Source: an uncultured Actinomycetota bacterium
Lineage (GTDB): Bacteria > Actinomycetota > Actinomycetes > CAVPEL01
Direction: 5' to 3'
Length of the DNA: 64,000 bases
Assembly (NCBI GenBank): GCA_963703505.1
Contig: CAVPEL010000006.1
Location: 956,541-1,020,540 of the forward strand
Every line of letters starts with the position of its first letter. Within the stretch, counting starts at the first letter, position 1. Positions 12,866 through 22,061 of this stretch are shown here, piece after piece. A model generated the notes under the pieces. The model was not told the DNA's origin and made no database searches. It saw only the letters and a program-made list of their open reading frames with translations. The translations under genes and the position numbers were made by a program.

Positions 12866-15800
12866 GCCGCGTGGGCAGGGTGAAGGTGGAAAGGTCCGTG
12901 ACAGGCGTGATCGGAATGTCACGACGTCGAGGCATTGCTGTCACGCTCGGAGTGGTGGTGATCGGTGCCGCTCTGCTCATCAGCACCGGCACCGCTTCCG
13001 CCGTGCTGGTTCGGCTCGGCCTGGTGGCGACGGCCACTGCCGCCGACGGGGATGCGTTCGCGGATCGGGTCGTGCTCGAGCCAGGGACCACCGTGCTGAC
13101 CGGCACGACGTCCGGCGCCACCGCCGAGCCAGGTGAACCTGCGGTGGACGCATCGGGGCACACCGTCTGGTTCAGCTGGGATGCACCGGCCTCGGGCTGG
13201 GTGTACCTGGTGCCGACCGACGTGGCCGCACCGGGTGCGGTGCGGCCGGCCCTTCACGTGTACACCGGCACCACGCTCGATGCAGCTCATCGGTGTCGAC
13301 GTCACCGAGGCGCCCGACGGTGACCCGGATGCCGTGGGTGGCGCCAGCGCGGCGTTCCCCGCGGTGGCTGGCACCCGCTATGCCATTCAGGTCGCATCGC
13401 CCAGGGTCACCCAGTGGCGTTCACGTTGGGGCTCTGGCAGCCCGAGGCCGACGGTCCCGCCGCGGACGAGCCGAACGGCGCGATCGACCTCGACCAGGTG
13501 GTCGCCGACACCGTGGCGGCAGGACAGAGCGTCGCGACCGTCACCGGCACCACCGCTGGCGCCACGGCGGCTGCGGGTGAGCCGGGCTCGCCTGCGCACT
13601 CGCTCTGGTATGCCTGGACCCCTCCGCCGGGTGGCGGCACCGTGACCGTCGTTGCGTCGCCGGGCCAGATTCGGCTCGGTGTGTACACGGTCTCAGCGTC
13701 GGTGGACCCAGAGTCGCTCGACATCGAGATGACAGCGCTGGTGCCGGTGCGCAGCCTGGGGCCCGGCTCGGCCACCCTGTCTGGCGCACCGGGCGCCCGG
13801 GTGCTGCTGCAGGTCGACGGACCCGAAACCTGGTTCGAGCTGACGCTGACCCCGGTAGGTGTCACCGCGCGCGACGTCACCGCGCCCACCATCACCTGCA
13901 CCCCACCGTCGGGTTGGGCCTCAGCGGCGGAGATCGACGTGCCGTGCACGGCCACCGATGCCGGCTCGGGCCTGCGCGAGGCAGCAGACGCCTCGTTCAC
14001 CTTGACCGCCTCGGTTCCCGACGGTGCGGTGACCGAGCAGGCCGCCACTGGCACCCGGACCGTGTGTGACAACGCCGGCAACTGCGCCACCGCAGGACCT
14101 GTCACCGGCTTGCGGGCCGACCTCGTGGGTCCCGTCGTCACCTGCGAACCAGCGCCGGCGGGCTGGCTGGCGGGCAATGCGTCCCTCGCCTGCACGGCAC
14201 ACGACGAAGGCAGCGGGCTGGTCGACCCCGCCCTGGCCACCTTCGAGCTGCGAACCCAGGTACCGACTGGCACGACCGATGCCGCTGCCGTCCTCGTGGG
14301 CCCGCAGCAGGTGTGCGACCAAGCCGGGAACTGCTCCACGGTTCCGGACCGAGCCGGGGTGCCGATCGACGGCACAGCGCCAGACGTCGTCTGCGACGCC
14401 GCGCCCGCCGGCTGGCATGGCGCGGACGTCGCCGTCACCTGCCACGCGACCGACCGCGGCGCGGGCTTGGCGGACGCCGCCACCGCAGAGTTCACGCTCA
14501 CCACCTCGGTGGGTGACGCCGGCGTCGATGAGGTCGCCGCCACCGGCAGCCGCCAGGTGTGCGACCTGGTCGGCAACTGCGTGACGGCGGGGCCGATCAC
14601 CGGCATCAAGGTCGACAGGCAGGCGCCCGTGGTGGACTGCGAGCCGCCGGCGCCCGGCTGGCGGCAGGGGCGCGCATATGAGGTGCGCTGCACGGCCACC
14701 GACGGCGGGGCGGGGTTGGCCGCCGCCGCAGACGCCTCCTTCGTGCTGCGCGCGCAGATCCCGGCGGGCACCGAGTCGGCCGACGTGTCCACCGACAGCC
14801 GCCAGGTGTGCGACCTGACCGGCAACTGCCTTCTCGCCGGGCCGTTCACCGGGATCGCGCTCGACGACAAGGCACCGAGCGTCACCTGCGCGCCGACATC
14901 CCAGGCCTGGCAGCGTTACGCGGCCACCGCTGACTGCGCCGTCGTCGACGCCGGTTCCGGGGTGAGCGCGGCCAACGCGGCGTTCACCCTGTCCGGGACC
15001 GTTCCCAACGGCACCTTCTCCGACCGGGTGGCGATCGATGGCCGCCCGGTCTGCGACGAGGTGGGGAACTGCACCGCGACGCCACCGGTGGGCACCGGCA
15101 AGGTCGACCGGCGGCTGCCGCACGTCACCTGCGCCGCACCAGGCGTGGGCGTGTTCGCACACGAGGTGACCATCGAATGCCGGGCCAGCGATGACGGCAG
15201 CGGGCTGGCGAATGCCGCCGACGCCTCGTTCACGCTGCGGACGTCAGTCGGGCCGGGCAAGGCCGACGCCGCCGCCTCGACCAACACCCGCCAGGTGTGC
15301 GATGTGGCGGGCAACTGCACGACGGCCGGCCCGATCACCGCCCTGGCGATCGACCGCACGCGGCCAGCCCCAGGCGTCGCTCCGACGCTGGGCACTCCCA
15401 GTGCCGTCCGGGTCCTCGCAGCACGTCCAGCATCAGCCCAGGCCGCCGACGCCAGCGGGGGCGGAGCGGTGCCAGTGCCGTACGAGCTTCCGATCGTGAC
15501 ATCGGCGCCCGGGCTGGCCGTCCGCACCGCCTGTGCGGCGCCACCTGGCTCGCCGTTCGTCCTCGGTCGGACCGTGGTGGTGTGCGGCGCGACGGACGAC
15601 GCTGACCGCACGACGACAGCGACCTTTGGGGTGGACGTGCGGCCGGCTCCCGAGCTCGCACCGTCGAGCCCGGCCACGGCCGGTGGTGCCTGGCGGGCGG
15701 TCGGTACTGGATTCGCCGGCGGTAGCGCTGTCGTGGTGGAGCTGGACGGGAGGACGCTGGCGACGGCAGTGGCCGGCACCGCCGGAGACGTTGCCCAGGT

Positions 15801-16469
15801 GCTCACCATCCCGGCTGACCTCGATCTCGGGACTCACCTGATGGTGGTCCGTGGTGCAGCGCCCGACGGGCAGGTGCAGCTGGTCGTCACGCCGTTCACC
15901 GTTCAGCTGGCCGCACCGGGTACGACGCCACCGACGACAGTCCCGGGGGGCGCGCCGACGCTGCCGGGTGCGGGGCCCGGCTCGCCCGGCGGCAATCCCG
16001 ACGGCACCGGTGGCACGCCTGGGCAGCCGACATCGCCCGCTGATCCGACGTCGCCCGCTGACCCCGGTAGGCCGGGTGTCCGGGTGCTCCGGGTGCTCCG
16101 GGTTCACCGGCGGGAGGCCCTGCGGCGTCGCCCGCGCCTGGGTCGGCGGTCAGCTCGCCGTCGGCAGGTGCGCCCGGTGGAACCGTCGATCCGCCGGCTC
16201 TCGATGCTCCGCACGGGACCATCGAATTCGGTGATGGTCCCCAGGTCGAGACGCCCGAGCCGTCCCCGTCGACGGATGCGGCGACCGGCGCGACCTCTCG
16301 GTCGCTCTGGAGCCTGGCGGGCGTGGGTGGCTTCTTGGCCTGGCTTCTCCTGGGCGCAATCATCGGTGGCTGGCGGTGCGGAAGGCGACCGCCTGGTGCG
16401 CTGGCGCGTCGTCCGTCGAAGGCCGTGACGCTGCCCATCTCGTGGGCAGGCCTGCCACCTCCTTCGTGA
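12862..16469 (+). pseudogene. Large repeat-containing surface protein (N-terminal TM/signal, two 'ATAEPGEP...W(F/Y).W' modules, six HYR/Ig-like Cys repeats, Pro-rich linker, C-terminal TM anchor); frame-disrupted
   Basis: The ATG at 12862 overlaps the TGA of the giant gene (ATGA). Pieces lie in frames of ORFs 12862..13323, 13133..13645 and 13414..16428. A hydrophobic C-terminal anchor (SLWSLAGVGGFLAWLLLGAIIGGWRCGRR...) is readable only in a third frame at 16302-16469. Breaks are near 13290, 13400 and between 16080 and 16300. Confidence 0.7.
13894..15376 (+). repeat. Six tandem ~84-aa (252-bp) coding repeats
   Basis: The unit recurs as TC.P.P.GW(10-12)C.A.D.GSGL...A.F.L...V..G.......(9)..VCD..GNC.TAGP.TG...D...P.V. 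Example units begin TCTPPSGW, TCEPAPAGW, CDAAPAGW, CEPPAPGW, CAPTSQAW and CAAPGVG. Confidence 0.85.
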
Positions 16470-16628
16470 TCATTTCGTGCGTAACGATCGCATTTCGTCG
16501 AATAAACCGTTGATCGGTCAAAGCGGATCTTCCACTACATTTCGCTGTGGCGTCGCGGGCCCGCAGCCACTCCTATCCGTTCTGATGACGTCGCGCTGTG
16601 TCTGCGGCGTCCGAAAGGAACAACCCTT

Positions 16629-17662
16629 ATGCGCAAGCGCACCATCTCGGCGCTCCTCGCGAGCGCTCTTGCTGCGGGCACTCTCGCCACGGCAGCCCCC
16701 GCCATGGCAGCCCCGACGGATCCCGCCGGCGGCGGCGGAAATCGTCCGCCTCCCCGGCGCGAACCGGATCGAGACGTCCGTCATGGTCTCGGAGGTCACG
16801 TTCGCTGGTGCGGCTGAGGAAGCAGGCCGAGGAGGATGACTTCGCCGACGCCGTCGTTCTGACCCGCTCCGATGCCTTCGCCGACGCCGCCGCCGGTGGC
16901 CCGCTGGCCGCGGCGAAGAACGGTTCGTTGCTGCTCACCGCGTCCAACCGGCTCGACGACCTGGTGGCCGACGAGATCGAGCGGATCCTGCCCGCAGGCA
17001 AGACGGTCTACCTGCTGGGTAGCACGTCCTCGGTGTCCGCCGCCGTCGAGGCGTCGGTCAAGAAGCTCGGCTACGCCACGGTGCGCCTCGGTGGCGCCGA
17101 CCGCTTCGAGACGTCCGTTCTCATCGCCAAGGAGATCGCCAAGGGTGGCGAGGCGCCGAGCCCGCTGATGCTGGCGACCGGCCTCAACTTCCCGGACGCG
17201 CTCACCGCCGGTGCGGCTGCGGGTGCCACGGGCGGCGCGGTTCTGCTCACCGCAGGCGACACGCTGACCAAGTCGGTTCGCGACTACCTCGTCTCCCGCG
17301 GCGACGCTGAGGTCTTCGCGATCGGTGGCCCGGCCATCGCGGCGTTCCCCGTTGCGAACAGCCACCGCATCGCCGGTGCGAACCGGTACGAGACGGCCGT
17401 CAAGATCGCCCAGACGTTCTTCACCAACCCGGAGTACGTGGCACTGGCCAGCGGCACGAACTTCCCGGACGCGCTCAGCATCAGCCCGCTCATGGGCTTC
17501 GCTGACGGCCCGGTTCTGCTGACCGACCCGAACACGCTGCCGCAGGTCGTCGCTGACTACCTCGCCGCGAACAAGGCGTCGATCGGGGTCGTGTTCATCC
17601 CCGGTGGCGCGCCTTCGGTGAGCACCAAGGTCGAGGGTCAGGTCGTGGACGTCCTCAAGTAG
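16629..17662 (+). pseudogene. Secreted cell-wall-binding repeat 2 (CWB2) protein, copy 1 (two frame breaks near the 5' end)
   Basis: ATG at 16629 with RBS gaaagga. Signal peptide MRKRTISALLASALAAGTLATAAPAMA. The path runs frame of ORF 16629 -> frame of ORF 16477 (EIVRLPGANRIETSVMVSE) -> frame of ORF 16598. Three CWB2-like units are present (ADRFETSVLIAKE, ANRYETAVKIAQ). It aligns over its full length with the intact paralog at 17921. Confidence 0.8.
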
Positions 17663-17673
17663 TACCCATCCGG

Positions 17674-17712
17674 CTCCGGGTGCGGGCGGCTGCGGCCGGC
17701 CCGCACCCGGAG
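17674..17712 (+). terminator. Hairpin downstream of CWB2 copy 1
   Basis: 13-bp stem ctccgggtgcggg / cccgcacccggag, starting 12 nt after the stop. Confidence 0.55.
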
Positions 17713-17920
17713 CGCGGGCCGAAGTAGCCCCGGCGGGATGTCAGGCCGTGCCTTGCTACGGACGAAGGCCGATGAGTAACAATCGCGTTCCGCTCATTTG
17801 GTCGATGATCACTTATGACGGACCTTCTACTACGTTCTGTTGCGGCGAACCGGTTTCGGAGCCACTTCTACCAGTTTCAGTGGTGCTGGCCCGTTCTCGC
17901 GGCGCCCGAAAGGGACAAAG

Positions 17921-18946
17921 ATGCGCAACCGGACTATTGCGACGCTTCTCGCAGGTGCCGTCACTGTGGGCAGCCTTGCCGTGGCGGCTCCCGCCATGGC
18001 AGAGAGCCCCACGCAGGGGGGTGTGGTCATCCGCATCGCAGGCGAAAACCGGATCCTGACCGCCGTCGGGGCATCCATGCTGTTCGTTGACGACAAGGAA
18101 GGCGGTAGCGGATCGGACAACTTCGCCGACGCCGTCGTACTGACCCGCGCGGATACGTTTGCCGACGCAGCGGCGGGGGGTCCGCTGGCCGCTGCCAAGG
18201 GCGGTCCGCTGCTGCTCACCCCGTCCAACCGGCTCGACGACGCGGTGGCCGGAGAGATCGGCCGTATCCTGCCTGCGGGTAAGACGGTCTACCTGCTGGG
18301 GAGCACCGCCTCGCTGTCCGCCGCAGTCGAGACCGCGGTGCAGGGCCTCGGCTACGCGACGGTGCGCCTCGGTGGTGCCGACCGCTTCGAGACGTCGGTG
18401 CTCATCGCGAAGGAGATCGCCAAGGGCGGCACTGCGCCAAGCCTGCTGATGCTGGCGACCGGCCTCAACTTCCCCGACGCGCTCACCGCCGGTGCGGCCG
18501 CGGGTGCCAATGACGGGGCGGTCCTGCTCACTGCTGGTGAGGTGCTGCCGAAGTCGGTTCGTGACTACCTCGTGTCCCGCGCCGACGCGGAGGTCTATGC
18601 GATCGGCAAGCAGGCGATCGCGGCGTACTCCGTCGACAACGGCCACCGCATCGCCGGTGAGAACCGGTACGAGACGGCGGTCAAGATCGCCGAGAAGTTC
18701 TTCACCGACCCGGAGGGCGCGGCCCTCGCTAGCGGCACGAACTTCCCGGATGCGCTGAGCATCAGCCCGCTCATGGCGCTGGCCGGTGGCCCGGTGCTGC
18801 TGACCGAACCCAACGCGCTGCCGAAGGTCATTGCCGACTACCTCGTCGCAGGCAAGGCATCGACCCAGGGTGTCTTCGTCCTCGGTGGCGAGCCGTCGGT
18901 GAGCTGGAATGTCATGATGCGAGTCAGCACCCTCCTCGCCAGCTAG
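17921..18946 (+). CDS. Secreted cell-wall-binding repeat 2 (CWB2) protein, copy 2 (intact)
   Basis: ATG at 17921 with RBS aaaggga. Signal peptide MRNRTIATLLAGAVTVGSLAVAAPAMA. Triple CWB2-like repeats (GENRILTAV, ADRFETSVLIAKE, ENRYETAVKIAE). Confidence 0.85.
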   Translation: MRNRTIATLLAGAVTVGSLAVAAPAMAESPTQGGVVIRIAGENRILTAVGASMLFVDDKEGGSGSDNFADAVVLTRADTFADAAAGGPLAAAKGGPLLLTPSNRLDDAVAGEIGRILPAGKTVYLLGSTASLSAAVETAVQGLGYATVRLGGADRFETSVLIAKEIAKGGTAPSLLMLATGLNFPDALTAGAAAGANDGAVLLTAGEVLPKSVRDYLVSRADAEVYAIGKQAIAAYSVDNGHRIAGENRYETAVKIAEKFFTDPEGAALASGTNFPDALSISPLMALAGGPVLLTEPNALPKVIADYLVAGKASTQGVFVLGGEPSVSWNVMMRVSTLLAS

Positions 18947-18959
18947 TACCTCTCCGGCT

Positions 18960-18993
18960 CGGGTGCGGGGCGGTTCCGGCCGTCCCGCACCCG
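18960..18993 (+). terminator. Hairpin downstream of CWB2 copy 2
   Basis: Stem cgggtgcggg / cccgcacccg, homologous in sequence to the hairpin after copy 1. Confidence 0.5.
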
Positions 18994-19009
18994 GAGCACG
19001 GACGTTCGC

Positions 19010-20228
19010 TCAGCGGAACACGCCGGTGTGGCCCAGGGAGTACCGACCGGGCTGCGGGTAGACGCACAGGCCGTGCGGCCCGGCCCCGACGGTGATCTTC
19101 CGGGTCAGGTGCCCGTCTGCGGTCGAGATCTCGTAGACGACGCCGTTGTACCGGCCGGAGACCCACAGCTCGGTGCCGTCCGCCGAGATGCCGCCCATGT
19201 CGGGGGAGCCGCCGCCGGGGATGTGCCAGGTCGCGGTGACCTTGCGAGTCGCCAGGTCGATGAGGCTGATCGCGCCTTCACCGCGGTCGGTGACGAACAG
19301 CGTGCGGGAGTCGCGGCTGACGTACAGCCCGTGCGCACCTTTGCCCGTCGGCACGAAGCCGATCTTCGTGAAGGTGGCACCGTCGATGAGCCACACGCCG
19401 TTGCTCGCCATGTCCGCCACGTAGAACACCGAGCCGTCCGGTGAGGTCTTCACGTCCTGCGGCATCGCGCCCGGCGCCAGGGTCATGCGTGCCGACCAGC
19501 CGTTCGGTGGCTGTGTCGACCTTGAGGAGCTGTCCGTCGAACTCGCAGCTGACGATGAAGTAGCGCCCGTCGATGGAGAAGTCGGCATGGTTGACGCCTT
19601 TGCACGGCACGGGCACCGAACGTTGCAGCTGCATCGTGTGCGGGTCGCGAAAGTCCAGACGCTGCAGGCGTTCGGCCATCACCACCGCATGCTTGCCGTC
19701 GGGGGTGAAGTACAGGTTGTAGGGGTCCTCGATCGGGATCGGCGCGCCCGGCATGCCGGTCGCTGGGTCGATCGGGGTGAGCGCATTGCCGAGGTCGCTG
19801 TTGACCCACAACGTCTTCAGGTCCCACGACGGCACCACGTGCTGCGGCTCGGTGGGGACCGGGAAGGAGCGGATGACGGCGCCGGTCGCTGGGTCGATGA
19901 CGTCGACGGTGTTGCTCATGCTGTTCGGTACGTAGACGAGGTTCGGGTAGCCGCGGACCGTCGGGCTCAGCAGGTTCGGCCGGTCGAAGCTATAGATGTC
20001 GCGGGCGTCGACGACCGGCGGCATCCCGGGCAGGGCGCCCGAGGTGGTGCCCGGGACGGTGGCCACCTGCCGCGTTGCGGACGGGGCAGGCGCCATCGTC
20101 ATCGACGGCATCGCGCTGGGGGTGGGCTGCCCGGTGCCGCTCGTCTGGGTGCAGGCGGCCACCATCACCAGCGCGGTCGCGGCAACCGCACGGCGGGCTC
20201 CAGACCGCACCCCGACCGTGACCTTCAC
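19010..20228 (-). pseudogene. YncE/YVTN-type beta-propeller repeat lipoprotein (one frame break near 19490)
   Basis: Lipobox-like N-terminus ...ALVMVAACTQ. Repeated LYVPNSMSNTVDVIDPATG / FYVADMASNGVWLIDGAT / LFVTDRGEGAISLIDLAT motifs. ORFs 19278..20228 and 19010..19588 join. Confidence 0.75.
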
Positions 20229-21019
20229 CGGGTGGGCCCGAGCAGGGTGGACGTGGTCACGGCCGCCAGCCCGCGGGAGCGCAGCCCGTCGAGGATGACG
20301 GGCAGGGCCGCGACGGTGCCCGCGTGCCCGAGATGCAGGCTCACTACGGCACCTGGTCGCGCGGCGGCCAGCACCCTGTCGGAGATCGCGGCTGCGCCGG
20401 GATCGTTGTAGTCGAGCGGGTCGACGTCATAGCCCAACGACGTGCGGTAGCCGCCCCTCCCTGCGGCGGCGAGAATGGTGGCGTCGGCGTGGGCGGTGCC
20501 CGACGGCCGGAACCATCGCCCGGCGGTGCCGGTGAGCCGTCGGAGGAGTTCGGCGCACCGCTGGATCTCCGCGAACGTCGCCTCGGCGTCGAGGGTGCGC
20601 ATGGCACGGTGGCTCCAGGTGTGGTTGCCGAGCTCGTGCCCGCCGTCGAGGATCCGTGCCGCCATCGACGGGTTCGCCTCCAGCCAGGTGCCCACGGCCA
20701 GCACGGTGAGGTGCGCGCCCACGTTCTCGGCCTCCGACAGCAGCTGGGTGGCGAGCGCGGGGTCGCCCGCGCCGTGGAAGGTCAGCGCTACTGATCTCGT
20801 GGTGGTCGGGCCGCGGTCCACCTCGACGGCTGGCGCGCCCTGGGCGACCGGGGTGCCAGGCGGGGCCGACCCTGCGGGTTGCGACGCCCCCGCCGTGGGT
20901 GTGTTTTCGGTCGCGACGGCGGAACGGTGAGGGGAGGGGGCGACGTGGTGCGGAGAGCAGGCCGCGGCGGCGCCCAGCACCGCAGCTGCCTTGAGGACTG
21001 TTCGTCGATCGACTGACAC
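20225..21019 (-). CDS. Polysaccharide deacetylase (NodB-type) family protein, Tat/Sec-exported
   Basis: GTG at 21019 gives VSVDRRTVLKAAAVLGAAAACS, then VALTFHGAG ... GHELGNHTWSH ... RPSGTAH. The stop overlaps the downstream start (GTGA). Confidence 0.8.
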   Translation of the reverse strand: MSVDRRTVLKAAAVLGAAAACSPHHVAPSPHRSAVATENTPTAGASQPAGSAPPGTPVAQGAPAVEVDRGPTTTRSVALTFHGAGDPALATQLLSEAENVGAHLTVLAVGTWLEANPSMAARILDGGHELGNHTWSHRAMRTLDAEATFAEIQRCAELLRRLTGTAGRWFRPSGTAHADATILAAAGRGGYRTSLGYDVDPLDYNDPGAAAISDRVLAAARPGAVVSLHLGHAGTVAALPVILDGLRSRGLAAVTTSTLLGPTR

Positions 21020-21089
21020 TTCTGCACGGTAGGAAGTCGCGGGCAAACCGACGGCAAAGACCGACCTGGGTGACCTGAGCCGGACGAGC

Positions 21090-21731
21090 TCAGCCGGTGG
21101 TCCGCCACAGATCGGTGACGCGGACGTCGAGCTCACCGAGGAGGCGGCGCAGCAAGGGCATCGACAGGCCCAGCACGTTGCCGTGGTCACCGTCGATCCC
21201 GTCGACGAACGGTGCCGAGAGCCCGTCGAGGGTGAACGCGCCGGCCACGTACAGCGGCTCCCCGGTCGCCACGTAGGCCGCGATCTCGGCGTCGTCCGGC
21301 GTCCCGAAGCGGACGGTGGTCGAGGCCACCGCGCTGACCTCGCGGCCGCTCGGCAGCTCGATGACGCAGTGCCCGGTCCGCAGGACGCCGGTGCGGCCAC
21401 GCATCGCCTGCCACCGGGTGGTGGCCTCCGCTGCGTCGGCCGGCTTGCCCAAGGCGACCCCGTCGAGGTCGAGGAGCGAGTCGCAGCCGACGACGAGGAC
21501 GGTGTCGGACGTGTGGTCGCCACGGATCGCCGTCGCGTCGCCGCCGCCAAGCGTCTCGGCCACCGCGCGGGCCTTGGCCACAGCGAGCGCCAAGCAGGCG
21601 TCGAAGGGAGCGAGGTGGTCCAACCCGGTCTCGTCGACCCCGCTGACCAGGACCTGCGGGTCCAGGCCCGCGGCGCGCAGGACCTGGAGCCGGGCAGGGG
21701 AAGCCGACGCGAGGACGAGGCGGTGCGTCAC
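21090..21731 (-). CDS. maf: Maf-like nucleoside triphosphate pyrophosphatase / septum formation inhibitor
   Basis: 213 aa. [34 protein letters not shown] is the canonical Maf N-terminus. Sits in the conserved position after accD5-accE. Confidence 0.9.
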   Translation of the reverse strand: MTHRLVLASASPARLQVLRAAGLDPQVLVSGVDETGLDHLAPFDACLALAVAKARAVAETLGGGDATAIRGDHTSDTVLVVGCDSLLDLDGVALGKPADAAEATTRWQAMRGRTGVLRTGHCVIELPSGREVSAVASTTVRFGTPDDAEIAAYVATGEPLYVAGAFTLDGLSAPFVDGIDGDHGNVLGLSMPLLRRLLGELDVRVTDLWRTTG

Positions 21732-21738
21732 GGGAACG

Positions 21739-21977
21739 TCACCGCCACGCGCTGGTCCGCCAGGCGCCTTCGCCGCGCCGAAGCGGGCCGGACCGCAGCG
21801 GCGGGCGCCAGCTCGACCGGACAGGCTGGCGCGGAGCCGTCACTGGTGCCGATCCGCGTGCCGCCAGCACCGTCACGAGGGCGGCCAGCTCGCGGCGTCC
21901 GGGGTTCCGCGGACGACCCGCAGCACCGGTCGCGCCGCTGTCTCGTCGCGATCTTGAGGCGTACTGGCTGTGATCAC
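21739..21977 (-). pseudogene. accE: Acyl-CoA carboxylase epsilon subunit (one 1-nt frame break)
   Basis: ...[13 protein letters not shown] | [14 protein letters not shown]...AWRTSAWR is the hallmark of the small epsilon subunit. One base is missing within gacgccgcgagctggcc. The start is uncertain (GTG 21977 or an internal GTG). Confidence 0.55.
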
Positions 21978-22061
21978 GACCACCTTGCCTCAAGATCGCG
22001 GATGGGGTGGGCGCTGCCGTGGCGGCAGTCGCTCGGGTGGCGATCAGTGGGGCACGTGCTG

